Shown here: piece after piece, positions 1 through 13,500 of the stretch | Numbering within the stretch: position 1 is the first letter of the stretch | Layout of the letters: each line of letters starts with the position of its first letter | Assembly (NCBI RefSeq): GCF_963853765.1 | Contig: NC_088858.1 | Coordinates: forward strand, 29,760,001 to 29,824,000 | Source of the DNA: Magallana gigas | Taxonomy: Eukaryota | DNA: 64,000 nt | Direction: 5' to 3' | The notes under the pieces: generated by a model | The model's input: only the letters and a program-made list of their open reading frames with translations | Databases searched by the model: none | What the model was told of the DNA's origin: nothing | Position numbers and translations under genes: made by a program

Positions 1-32
1 TATTTTGTCAATACCCAGCATGCATGGAAAAT

Positions 33-283
33 TATAACCATTTTAACAAGAGCTTGGACTTTGGGTAGTTTTGTCAAACAGCAATGTGACGTAGGCCTGT
101 CTATTTCATTGTTGGCCACTCAACCATGGCTCTTTGAAATCAACAAGATTTGTCTGCCTTTTAAGCAAAGACTACGCAATCGGTGCATATTTCACTTGAA
201 ACCGCGTCATTTCAACTTTTTTTGACGCAAGAAATAGATAGCTACGTCTAACCGAAGTCCAAGATCTTGTTAAAATGGTTCTA
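33..283 (+). mobile_element. ~250-bp TA-flanked MITE (Tc1/mariner-type non-autonomous element), family copy 1
   Basis: TIRs TA(T)AACCATTTTAACAAGAGCTTGGACTT ... AAGTCCAAGATCTTGTTAAAATGGTTCTA; aligns end to end with copies at 14638-14890 and 51086-51338 (reverse orientation). Confidence 0.85.
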
Positions 284-1448
284 CGTCATTTTTACGTTGA
301 ACTAAAACAATACACGATTTTCCCAAGCGTCAAATATAACATATTGATAATTCATATTGTTGTTTTCGGACTTTTCAATTGTTTCCATAGCAAAATTCAG
401 CAAATATAAATCAATAAACGAGCAATGCTGTAAACATTCTTTTTTATCTACGCACTTTTGCCTAAACATGTCACAATCCCGACTATATTAATCTGGCAAA
501 AATAAAAATTAAGATGTAAAATTTTAAGCAAAATTATTTTTATTAGATAGATTTACAATATGACGTTAGTATATCAATTATTCATATCTTGGTGATCTTG
601 CCATCCAACATCATAAATGCAGATGTTCCAATGTCTTCTATACTACGTGAATGCTGTTGGTTTGAAATCTGACAAAAACCAAACTGATTTTTCGATTACT
701 AGTAATTCGACGTCTGTAACGTAAAAAAGTCCAAAAAAAAACGTTTACCTGACGACAGTGATGTCATTACAAAAAAAACTCATAAATCATAAACTAGGCC
801 TTGATTGCAAGGCATACTTCATGATGAAACTAATGGTAGAAAATGGAATGAGAGACAAAAGTTTTACACCGCATACAAGTTGTGCTTTGTCCTTGTTTAC
901 AATGACATCTTTATGGGGGAGGTGAAGAAAATTTAAAGTTCAATTATAATTCCATTTGTACAGCATTTATTCAAAAGTCGAAATATTACGAATAATGTAA
1001 AATTCACATGTTGATCGACGGCTTATAATAATTTTTTTTGGTTTACTCTCCTATCAAAGTGCTTGGTATTCCAGATACCGAACACATGGCGTCAGACTTC
1101 CTAATTATATGCTAGTCACTTTCATATATGTGGAGAAATTGTAATTGCCAGCTCCTTACTGATATCATGCGCCATATCTGTACTACGATACACTGGATGT
1201 CGATATCACAATGTTCTACTTAACTTATAAGAAATTTCAATAATATGTGTAAATATAAACAATTATATATGCTTTATTGAAAAACAAAGCATTCTTTATC
1301 CCTATGAATAGCGAAACATTGATCGTTGACAGATTTCGTTGCATATATATTCATGTACACAGTTATTTTTAAAGTTTGTTTCAATTACAAAAACTAAAGA
1401 GCATTATTAAACTTAAAATGAATAAAGATTTTTAAGAAATAATATTAA

Positions 1449-1670
1449 GGGCTGCGTTTTACAATAGTACTTACGACTTGCGACCAAATTTATAAAATCT
1501 CATTAATAATAAGCTACCAATTGTTTTAACTTGGTACTAATAAAACATACTTACAATAACTGGAATTTTTTTATACAAATTGTTTTGTATACATTTTGTA
1601 CGTTAGAGATCATTCTATGAAACTGAAAAATTTACGACTCCATCGTAAGTTCTTTTGTAAAACACAGCCC
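1449..1670. mobile_element. ~220-bp MITE with GGG...CCC termini (PIF/Harbinger-like)
   Basis: Imperfect TIR GGGCTGCGTTTTACAATAGTACTTACGA vs TCGTAAGTTCTTTTGTAAAACACAGCCC. No clean TSD; superfamily assignment is inferred from the termini only. Confidence 0.6.
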
Positions 1671-2699
1671 AGAGAATTATTGAGCAAATGTGCTTTTAAA
1701 TATCATATTTCATATTATTTCACATAATAGTCAGTTGTTTGGTAGGGCATTCAATTGTATCGACTTAATCTAGTTATGAACTTTACCGATTTGAGATTAC
1801 ATACACATATTAATTTGAAATTGAATAATTTCTTTGTGGCTGCTCTTTTGACGCTTGTGTAATTTTTGTTTTACTTGTTAATATTAATGTTTAAAAAAAT
1901 ATTTTTTTTTCTAGTTTGGTTGCAGTGTAAAATTTCCCCCAATTCCAATACTTCCTAATCTTGCCCAAGAGACAGTTAAACATAGACATCTAATCCTTTA
2001 ATTGACTGAACACATATCGTCTGTGATCTTAATTATTTTCAAAACAGATATACAAAGGAACAGAAACAAGTTTTTACAGTCATCTACAGTTTTCACTGAA
2101 TAACAGATATATTTCTGACAGACAGTGTAAGGTAGTCTCCAATTTTGGATGCCTCTTATCAGCTTCCTTGCACATTAATAAATCACACACGAATGTGAGT
2201 CAGTACTGCAGAACTTTCCTGACCCGGATTGATATTTCTTTGAAGGAACCCTCCTCGGAGAGAGTGGAGCATGGAACCTGACTTTGAAAGCAAGAATCGG
2301 CTTACATGTATACATCACATCGGATGTCGAACTTTGAAGCCGGGAGTCTAATGGAATGACGGATCAGAGGAATGCTATCACAAACCAGTCTCACTGTCCA
2401 ATAAAAAAAAAGACTGTGCCGATGTAGATATATAATCTACAGAATATAGAACCGCAACAAAAGGATAATTCAGTTCAGAGCTGAACAACAGCAAGTTTGT
2501 GGGTGTTTATCAATCTTGATATCGCATCATTGTACGACAGAATGTTTGCGATGGGGTATAATAAAAATAGTGCAGATTTGCTGATACCATTTAATGTGCA
2601 ATTGATAGTTTTTAAAAGTGTAAAATAGTTCGCATATATCCAACATCGCCCTCTTACAAGTATATCTGTTCACTATCAAGTGACCAGTGGAGACGGAAG

Positions 2700-2900
2700 A
2701 ACAGCATTCGTTGCCATGGAGATGATCCGTGGAGCGGTGCTTGGAACCAAAGACGGGCCATTTAGGCAAGAGAGTGTAACACGAAATGTCTGTTCACACC
2801 TGATAAAGATTTACAATTGTAGGGACGGAACATGTCGGCACAGTACAGATATCTAATGGGAGCGATGTATTACAGATAACTCACGCCGGAAGCGGGGGAG
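2700..2900. promoter_or_regulatory. Putative promoter-like block with RFX X-box-like and ETS motifs
   Basis: GTTGCCATGGAGAT (2710-2723) and CCGGAAG (2886-2892) in a GC-richer stretch (about 2080-2930) with no convincing ORF. Confidence 0.3.
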
Positions 2901-3078
2901 GGGAGGGGGATGGGGTCATGGTCACATGCACTTATCGTCGATATTTGTTTGTGAAAATTATGAGTATTTAGTAATTCTGCAATGTGTACAAAACAGGTAT
3001 CTAGTCATACATGTACACATATGTACATGTATAGGTTTCTTGGAAATTGCTCATTTTTCCCAAATGCATGGACCTGTG

Positions 3079-3301
3079 TACTGTAGATTCCTTATTTTAC
3101 GCGAGTACTTAATTCTGCGATTCAACGGTTTTCCATCAAATCGCGAGAACATAAAATCGCGATTGCCGAAATTTTATCATAGTTTTATGTAAATTACAGA
3201 TGTCTGAAAAATTAAAAGCGAGATTTTAAAATTCGCAAGACAGGCTTCTCGCGATTTTACGCGGATATTAATTCCTCGCGTTTAATTAGGAATTTACAGT
3301 A
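3079..3301. mobile_element. ~220-bp TA-flanked MITE (Tc1/mariner/pogo-like)
   Basis: TACTGTAGATTCCTTATTTTACGCGAG ... CTCGCGTTTAATTAGGAATTTACAGTA terminal inverted repeats with TA at both ends; internal TCGCG motifs. Confidence 0.75.
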
Positions 3302-4998
3302 TTATATTCAAAACATATACAATATAGTTTCTTAAGAAGTGTTTCCTTACATGTATATCCCATCGCCTAGGTGCCTAGATTAGTGGACCAGTAAGTAAAG
3401 TGTAAATGAGTAAATCTTAATATGCAAATTTTTCTCATCTCAGATTTAGGAACCTGAAAAAACAAGTGCCTTCCAGTATTGTTCTGCATTTAAACCGCAG
3501 CTGGGTTGAATGTATTGTTTTGAAATGTAGGTTAGCACCCTTGTACAAAAATACCCAAGGAACGGTCTCTAAAATATGATATTGCCTAATTACAAATTTA
3601 ATTAAGTACCTATTACCTATTGTAAATTCTTAGCTAAACTATCCACCCACCCCACCCCCAAAAAATCTTTTTCCTGTGTTTCATCATGCAGTGCATTAAC
3701 AATGAATCAAGAAGAATATAGATATTTTGTTGTGTTTCAGGTTTAATAAGTAATGACTATCAGCAATTTTTTTCATTCGATAAAATTTAAAAAAAAAATA
3801 TACTTTTATTCTCATTGATAAGAAACTGATTCGATGGATAATTATGGATGAAGGGGAAAATTACAGTCATATGGGGTACTCCGAATCTCTTTTTACGACT
3901 TAGATGCAAAACATATTAAATGAATGTTTACAATTGGTTGTTTGGTATTAACAGAAAGGAGATTATGTAAGAAAACAGATCTTTGTCACGAAATATTTCA
4001 ATATTTGAATTACCGACTTTGACAGTAGTTCTTATGACATCACCGCATTAGTATAGTGCGGGTCACTCTCTGGTCTTTCAATTCAGTAGCTAAACTAGTT
4101 TCTCAGTAGTCCCTGGGGATCAGGGTTGAGGGTTATTTTAAATAATACACGTAAAAACTATCTTGAAAGTTAACAAATATCAGAAAATTGTTTCTTATCA
4201 GTCTTGCACCTTTTCAATATTTGGACATGCACTGTATTATCTTAAAAGTTTCCACCAAGATTATAGGTTTTATATTCCCTATTGCAAGATTTAAGGTAGG
4301 GAGGGTTGGTTATAAGTATATGCACATACTATATGAGAATCTTCAACAGGTCTGTGTACGGGTTATGGTACTCAGGTGACAGTTAAGGCTTGTTGGCCTC
4401 CTGTTTTTCTTTTCTACCAATTTCTTGATTTTTTTTCGTCACATAAAACATCATTTAGCATGGCTAAACATTTATATTTGCTCATAGTCTGATCGTCATC
4501 TTTATCGGAAATATATTTTCCTTTTAAATATTTTAAATTTAGTACTCGTTTCTCTTTTCCAGTACCATTTGACATCCGTGCACATTATAATTATTGAAGA
4601 ACTTTCAATTGCAGGTCAGTAAAAGTTTTAAATGTATACTGGTACACTTCAAAATTCATATTTCAATAGATTCATAGTGTATGTTTTATGTGCAAAATAT
4701 GTCATGTCAGATTTACGAAGTAACGTTAGTTGTCCAACTAATATTAAGAAAGACAACTCACTTTAAAACAATGTTCAAGTACATGTATTTCAAGCTCTGT
4801 ATTCATTAATTAAAATAAGTTTTTGTGAGTTGAGTTGAACATTTTCTTTTACTAATTATGCCACAAGGATTGGACACAAAATCTTAGAACTTACACAGTC
4901 CTCTCCTTGTTGTAAATAATATAATTAGTAGTATGTAAGTTTCTGACTATTCATTTCTTATCTTATCATCTTTCGAAAATCGCAAGAAAAGTCTTTAC

Positions 4999-4999
<1 letters not shown>

Positions 5000-5049
<50 letters not shown>
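5000..5049. repeat. (TA)n microsatellite
   Basis: Pure TA run seen directly. Confidence 0.98.
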
Positions 5050-5054
<5 letters not shown>

Positions 5055-5314
5055 CCTGGCAGGTATGCCAGCGCGATAAGAAAAGTCAATATGAATAAGC
5101 ATGCTCAGCTGTGTTAATAGTGCTTTATTTCTCTTGTGCTATCCGCCCATACTGAGCACATATTGTTGTATATGGTGTGCATGGAATTTAACTCTTTATA
5201 TGTACTAGTGTAAATGTATAAAGAAGGAGAGAAAAGGAAGTACGAATGTAATATTGCTTATAAAAATTCTTATTTGTTCAACACGGTCCCCGAAATGACA
5301 AGCTGTTAGCAAAG

Positions 5315-5317
<3 letters not shown>

Positions 5318-5383
<66 letters not shown>
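5318..5383. repeat. (TC)n microsatellite just upstream of the URAD start codon
   Basis: Pure TC run seen directly. Confidence 0.98.
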
Positions 5384-5387
<4 letters not shown>

Positions 5388-5466
5388 ATCAATGTGCAAA
5401 TTGAAATTTTGAATTTTAAGACGATGGTAACTAATGAGCATAATTATTTATACACGATTAAGCAGG

Positions 5467-6465
5467 ATGGGCGATAACCCACTTTCAATTCATATCGTCA
5501 ACAAGATGGGTTATGAAGAATTCATCAAGTGTTTCGGTAACGTCGTAGAGCACTGTAGCCTCTGTGCCGCCGCAGTATGGAGGGAACGCCCATTTCGCGA
5601 TGCTGAAAACATGGCCAGCTGTTTTGGTGATTTTATTGATCGGTTGCCAATAAGTGGTATGTATTTAATTTTTTAATCACCTATAAAAGGAATTTAACGT
5701 ATTTAAAAACCTAACTCATTTAGTTAAAATGTTACACTACTGTAGTTGTGTTTTTCACAATTTTATTTTCCTGGAAAAAAATATGTGTTTTTGTGATTCT
5801 GCATTTCACTTAAAGCTTAGTAAGATTGATAGAAATCGTCAGATTTTATCATCTAAAGATATTTTTAGTTTATTAAAAAAAATAATAGCATATAAAGTTA
5901 GTTTTTTGTGAAGTAAAGTGATTTTGCTTCAACATGATCATCTAGATAACTACATGTAACAATATTACATGTATCTGATGTCTTCAATCCACCTCAAAGT
6001 TATGAAACTTAGATACATGTATCATATTTATCGTAACTGAACTAAAATGAATACAGGTCTCAAAATTGTATTGGATTTGAATGTAGAGTTATCTTTCTTT
6101 GATTACAAGGCAAGGAGGGAATTCTTCGTCTGCATCCTGACCTCGCGGGAAGACTGGCGCAGGCAGGTCAGCTGACGTCAGAGTCTACCCGAGAGCAGGC
6201 CAGCGCGGGGCTCAACACGATGACGGAGGAAGAGCGACAACGGATGGCCAATCTAAACAAGAAATACAAACATAAATTTGGCTTCCCGTTTGTTATATGT
6301 GCCAGAGAAAATAAAAAGGATGCCATTCTCAGAGGACTGGAAGAGAGGCTGGAGAACGCGCCTCAGACCGAGGCTATCACAGGGGCCAACGAGGTCAAGA
6401 AGATCTGTCGCCTCCGTTTACTGGACTTGGTGAGACCAGACAGTCAGCTGAACAGTCCGCTGTAG
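5467..6465 (+). CDS. URAD: 2-oxo-4-hydroxy-4-carboxy-5-ureidoimidazoline (OHCU) decarboxylase, urate catabolism
   Basis: Exons 5467-5656 and 6110-6465 with a phase-1 GT-AG intron. The joined protein MGDNPLSIHIVNKMGYEEFIKCFGNVVEH...GKEGILRLHPDLAGRLAQAGQLTSESTREQ...YKHKFGFPFVICAREN... has the family motifs FGNVVEH, HPDLAG, ESTREQ and FGFPFVIC. Confidence 0.95.
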
Positions 6466-7587
6466 ATTCCAAAGGGAGGTACATGTATAGAGTAGAGCCA
6501 GGGGACATTCTTAATGTGATAATATACGTGATTTATGACGTGATTGTGATACCCCGACCAAAGAACTTATTTTCCTATGTCATTTATATCTAGCTAGCCT
6601 AAGTATACAGTATGAATGAATAGACTCTAGAATATGAATGTATGGTTTTTAGGAATGTTTTAAGACATCTATACGAACCGCTATTGTACGACTGCATGTA
6701 GCTATTTACAACTACTATACCGGTATAGTATTTTGTGTACAAATCTCACTTAATATAAGCGACTGTGTACCGTTTCAATCGCATATCGTTTGGTGCTTTT
6801 ATTTGGTATGAAACAAATAGTTTGTATATTGAGACGTATTCATGTACATGTACGTGCATGTAAACTATATCTTAAACCCAAGTCTGTTATTGTTGTCTAA
6901 TAATTTTTCATGATGAACCTAGATTTCACCTTTTTTAACCCTTCAAGATAGTTCCATAAATTATTTGATTGCAGGCTTTTGATATTGTTTGCCGCTTTAA
7001 AACACGTTTAGAAATCTAGTGCGTTTTGAAATGGGATAGGTAATTTTTATTACATTAAACAGGAATAATGAAACTGTTTTATGTATTTATTGAGTATCAT
7101 TTAAAATTGTATAACGTCAAGAATTAATACACAAAACATTAATTGTATAATATAAATAAACATCGTAAAATAATTGTCAGTTTTGTATACATATGTACAA
7201 ATATAGGTTACTGAGTATAAGGGATGGTAGTATGTATATAAAGAGTATATATTTAGACTCTTTACCAGTCGAATCTACAAGCTACATCTACAGATCATAC
7301 ACACGCGCACACATAATCAGCTACAAGCACTTCATTAATAATTCTATAAATTAAATAATAATTCAAACATGAAACAATCAACTTCCAGTAAAATATGGAA
7401 TTATGGGAATGATTCTGACGTAACAAAACAAAGAGTATGGATTTCAGAAGACTTCAATACTGGCTCGGTTGATTTGTCCATCACGGTGCGTGAACACATT
7501 GCTAGGCTTCAGAACCGCATATTTGGGAGGTTCTCTGCTGATTTAGCAGTCACAGTTTAGAGGAGGTCGTCTCAGGTCGCCCGCTCT

Positions 7588-10500
7588 TTACTCCTGTCGC
7601 CGCCTTGGTCGCCGCCATCTTCTATATTTACTTAATTCACATGTCCTACAACAATTGACTCTAACGTACACACGTGTGCACTGATTTCTCTGGCGCAACT
7701 TACGGCAAACTCTGTTATTCAGTCTGTTTCTTTTACAAGTGGATGTTTTTAATTCTGAAAAAAAATGATTAATTTTATTATAAAAATATTCAACTCATTA
7801 AAATGATAAAATGGTGAAATATTTGAACTGCAATTTAGGTACGAACCTGAGTGACCACTGTGGCAGGGGTCGGGGTTACAGGTTTGAATCTCCGTGGGTT
7901 TGGCCGACAGGTCACAGTCAGAGGCTAGGGTCTCCGATGTAATGTTTATACACTGTACTGCCCTGATCTGTTGCCCCTTACCACAGGTTTTAGAACACTG
8001 TAAAACATAAACATTACATCAAGTCCGCGAAATAAACCATACTTGCCAAGCTATATTGTACATGTACTAGTATATCTCTCGGACAAAGGCGGATAAAATC
8101 GATACCGTATTCCATGGGCCGTGTTTCCACGCCAAACATTTCGGGAGGAGGCAAGGCTGTAGGGTGGGGGGTTTCTGGTCCGGGTCACAGTCCGAGTTCT
8201 CGGAACAGACCACCTCACGAACCTGAACGGCTTCCCCACAGGTAGCGGAACACTGGAAAGTTTAAATCAGACGCACGTATAAGATATTTATCAGATTAGA
8301 ACAATTTGTAAGATGTATGACACGTTGAGGGTTTGAATAGAGGTGCAAGTACCGGTATATGCAACTCACCTGACTCCACATGGAGGTTTGCCACGTCGCG
8401 CACTGCTGGGTGTTGCAAGGGCGGATTGTGTCCATTTTTGTCAGAATGTTACATTTATGCTCCTCAGTTTCTATTCCTGATTTAGAGTCCACACAGCCCA
8501 CAGCTCGAGTCTGAATGCCACCATCACATTTTCTGGAACACTACAAAGGAGGGATTACATTTAGATAAAAGTTAGTTAAAAAATTTAGACCACATGATTA
8601 AAGGAAAATGAATTATCGCACTTGAACCTACCGGATTCCATGACTTCGGAACCCATTCGTACACAGAAGGGACGATCATACTGGGAGGCCCCATGCGCCT
8701 GCGTGGGCCGGACATGATGTCTGGCAATGAGGAAAATTTCGGTAATGGGTGGAGGTTTTTAATGTCCGGTAAAGCAGGCATATTGTGAAGTTTATCAGGG
8801 TGGACATGAACTGATGATTGGATATTTTGATGCTCGCTGTTCATTGAGTGACCGTGCCTGTGTTTGTGCTGGGTAGGCCTGGGTGTGTCTCCAGGGGAGT
8901 GGATAGGTTTATCTGGCAAGTCCTTATTATGCAATATCTCATCAACTTTCGATTCATGGAATGATGAAGGTAAATCAACCAAGACATCGGATCCACCCTC
9001 CTTGATATCAAAGAGAGGCAAACGACCGTGTTTTGTTGCTTCTGTTGTTACTAAGGGACTGACGATCCCACTGCTTTGCCCCTCGATGCCGGTGGGTGTT
9101 AATTTAGCTGTTTGTGTTGATGCTGTAGTCACTGGGGTGGTTGACAAACCGTTTATCACTCGAACATTTTCAACGAACTCTTTTCTTTCGTATATAGTAT
9201 CCGCTGTTTCTTCCGGTATGTCAATCAAGTCTATGACGGGTTCTGGGGGAGGGGTGGACGGGCAAACTTGGGGACTACAGAGTTCTTTGTCCACGGGTCT
9301 CTTGGTCTCGTCACATGTACTTGATTTCGGACAGGTAACGTTCCTCAAACGGATTCCGAATCCACAACTTTTTGAACACTGAAATTGAATATTCATGTTT
9401 ACATTGCACCCACTATAGAAAGAAAATATTTGTCATTCAAAATGTAATGCTGAGATACCGACCTCTGTCCAGTTTCCAGTTTGCCACGTTTCGCACGTGA
9501 TATTGGAGCACTGACGTCTGCTAGCGGGGACTGGCGTTTTGTCACAACCAACAACTGGCTGTGCACATTGGATTTCACGAGTCTGCATCGAGCACGGATT
9601 TGCGTCACACTGAAATCAGCACAAATTTTAATTGGTCAATGCATCGTACAAACAATGTATAACTAGACATAACGACAATAAGAGTTAATTTTGTCTACCG
9701 TTGTCCAGTCTCCCACTGTCCACTCTGCTGTACCGTGGCATGGATCTTTGTGATGACACGGTTCCACTTCGATGGGTTTCTCCTCTCCTTGGCACGACTT
9801 ATCTTCAAGAGCGATCTGTTCATCACTTCCGAGGCTGCGCACGCATATAACTGTTCTTTTATGGAGACCATTTGTACCACACGTGACGGAACAATGTTGC
9901 CAGGGTCCTGTCCACCATCTATACATACAGGACAGAGTAATATTTAAAGATGACCAATATACAATAAACTCATATACATGTACATATTGAATGAATATAT
10001 GTAAAACCAGGGCTTTGAATTTTACCTGGCAGGACAAAGATGCGCGTTGCAGGTCCTTTGTAAGTCATCTGGTTTGTGTGTTTTATTACAGTAAACATCA
10101 TCGACAGTCCCATCCTCCTTTTCAGAACAAACGACGATTGCTCTCTGGGTACCTTTTTAATCAAAAATAAATTCAGTGGTAATTATGAAAACTTGAATAA
10201 ATATATACTACTCGACAATATTTAGCAAAGAATATTACCTGAACCACAAGATGACGTGCAATGAGTCCAATCCATATACGTCCATGTGAACTCGCGGGGT
10301 CTTGTGTCTGTTGCATTTTCTTTTGGCACCGTGTACTCAAAGACAACGCCAGGATTCCGGGTTTGCATCAGAAGCTAATAAATCAAATACCAAGGTCAGG
10401 AAATATATTCAAGTCAGTAAAAATAACATGTATTCAGAGATTCACGAAAGTGTGTAAATTTCAAAAGAGGCTACTGCACTACCATGATGTGTAGTGGTTC

Positions 10501-13500
10501 TGTGATGGGGCCGGCAGCATCGAACGAGTCCCTGTTGCCAAGCCGGTTGTACCTCACGACCGTTCCTGCGATGTTATAGTCCCCAGACCACTGAATAAAC
10601 CAGTGTCCATTCAAGTAGTACTCGCCATTATCATTCTGCAGCGCCAGGTAGTTATCCACCCCTGTCACCTCCTCTACCCGGATGTTCCGTGCATTTCTTG
10701 GTATCACGGTTGCTTCTACGTAACCTTAAAAAAAACCCTTGGATTCTTTATAACAAAAAACTAGCGTAACAATTTACTGACATTTGTAGACATGCAGATA
10801 CACATGATGTCTGATATTTGTTTAAGTTCATTTTTTTTAAATTCATCTTTGTTTAAGAAATGACAGACAAACGTAACACACCCGATCCCTGAGTTTCGTT
10901 GTATTGGTCTTTTATTGTTTCACAGGTCGATCCGTCGCCATGACACACGCCACATCTATCTTCTTTCGCTGAAGAGTCTATTCCCCAGTCGCATCCAATG
11001 TGCTAAGATAAGATATAAATAAGATATAAAGTAACAATATACAAAGAGTATCCGAAAGATAAGAAGCGATGCTTTAATATCATGCAAGAGATGTGCAAAA
11101 AGTTGCAATGCATAAAATGTAACTGATGCTCAGACGCTACAGTTTTTATGAGCACGTCTTTGGGCGTGCAATGAACATTAAAATTGTTGGTGGCGGATTC
11201 ATATCACCGAGGGCTGAATCATACCCGGCATCTGCCGCTGATGCACATATTCCTGGTGCCAGCCTTACAAGGAGTCCCATCAATTACAATGTCCCTCATC
11301 ATCACGGAGAAAAACTTGTTTTCCGGTTTGCAATGCAATTGACAAGGAGTATCTGCAGCGAAAAAAAACCATGATGTTGTTACTAAACCGAAGGTAAAAT
11401 GTTCACGGCGAACAATAATATGTCTAGAGTTGTATAAAAAATTATCTGGCAAGATTTAAGCCAATATTCCTTGAGTCTGCAAAACAAAATTGTAACTTTT
11501 GTAAAGGATATCATTTGTCTTGCAAAACCTTGTCTTGACACGTAATACAATAGACTTAATTGTTCAAGTACACTCACGGGGGACAGAATTGGTGGTTGGT
11601 GGGAGAGGCACCCCAATGAGTTTTGACATTTATGATATAATTTAAGGGATCAATTTTAGGTGTAAGAATTCAACAAAAAATCAAGGTGACACGAGGTTAA
11701 TCCATGACTAAGAAAAGTCTCATAATTGACTATTGATATAAGTGGCTCAGTTTTCAGCCAGATAAACTCAAGTTGTTTACTTGACTACCCTTTGCATAAT
11801 TAACTCTTAAATGTCATCTGAAACATTTAAAGAAAATAGATTTAATGTCAGTTATGTACTGAAAACAGCAATTGCTTATTGCACTCAGTTTAATTCTTGA
11901 TCACGTTATAAAAAAAAAATGTTGTTCATTTGGTCACTACTAAGGAAAAGCTCTTTATTCAACAAACTTTTAGATGGACCAGTGCAGAGGTCTTTTTTAG
12001 CATATCTATATCTTAATATCTCCAACACATTTTCAAGTAATTCAGAGACTTTTAACGTTAAAGTACATTCCCCTTGGGGAGACGACATTCCATATAAAGG
12101 TCCACTCTATATAGTTGATTTAACCTCGGTCATATTGATAAATCTGCAAAAAATGCGATATATATTGGAAAATATACTTTTCTTTTCTTTTGAAAATTTA
12201 AAAGGAAGGCACAACTTGGTACAAGAAATGCATTTGATAACTTTTTTTATCACGTTTAAATTGACCCCATCTATTAAAAGCCTTAGAAATAATATTAGTA
12301 AAATCAAACACCGACAGTCGCGGTGTTTAACGTGTGATGTGTGACCTACGTGGGGTAGGGACGTGCTGCCACTCATACAGGCCGTTCTGGTATGGAATGT
12401 AGTTGAACTCTTGACACTGCAGCTCATGAAAGCTCAGGGTATCCTTCGGACATTCCTAAAAACCACCAAATAGATTGCATTAAAAAAATTTTATTAAAAA
12501 AAAATGAAAATCTCATCATGTCAGAATTTTTTGGAACATAAATGCAGATTATTCTGTATCCCTTTTTTATTTAATGTTCGTTTTCCGATTATTTTAGCTT
12601 TATACCTATGTAATAAATGAACACAGAACGAGATTGCAACAAAAGTCGGATTTGCCTACATTATGTACCTTAATCATATCAAACCGCCCGGGATATTGGC
12701 AGAATCACGAAAACGATAATGAACGTTACTAAATATACCCGGCAGTAAAAAGATGTCTTTCTAGCGACCCTTGTTTATCAGAGTCATTTTAAGATTGTGT
12801 TAATTAACTCTTGATTGGTCATGAGACAACAGACTAGAGGGGGGAACTACAAAAAAAAACTGCCAAGAAAACAAACTGATAAAAGTTTATGGTTCGCGGG
12901 CTGCAGGGATAGACAGAGCAGTCTGCCAGATGAAGCAGGCAAAAAGCATTAAGATGTCTTTTGTGATACCTCTGTGTTGCATATTCTGTATCTTTTTCTT
13001 TCCCCAATGCAATATTTCCCTCCATTAGCGGGTCTGTAGATATAAAAAAAGATATATAGGCAACCTCGTTCCTCGTGTGTGATACAGTTACATTTTTTCT
13101 ATTTTCAAAAGTGTTTGACTCTTAAATTTCTCACCAAAGAAACTCAAGAACAACAGGTGGCTGACTGAAGCACATCTATTTTTAGTCTAAACAAAGCTGT
13201 TGATGTAATATGTTTACATTTATAAGCGATAAACATAGAGCTTACTTAATCCCGCCACTGTGTGGTGTCTATGCTATACTTGCCTCGGGTTCTCGCAGTG
13301 ACGTTCGCGAGAGGAGACCCCGGCGCCACAAGTTCTAGAACAAGTGGACCAACTGTTCCATTCTCCCCAGTTCCCATTTATGGATTCCGGCCGCTCGCCA
13401 ATCTCCACGCATTGCTCATTGAAGCACCACTAAAAATGAATATTTGACAACGGTTTAAAGGATTAAGCAGTATAATTCTTTGTTGGGCCATGATTCAAGT

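Noticed and set aside
8864-9382. 172-aa + strand ORF
   Set aside because: Antisense shadow of the ADAMTS mucin exon with no recognisable domain.
11906-12427. Overlapping ORFs of 60-141 aa in ADAMTS intron 13
   Set aside because: AT-rich, no motifs; they overlap intron sequence or read exon 13 in the wrong frame.
12439-12446. U12-type donor-like GTATCCTT
   Set aside because: On the + strand, antisense within ADAMTS exon 13; no gene uses it.
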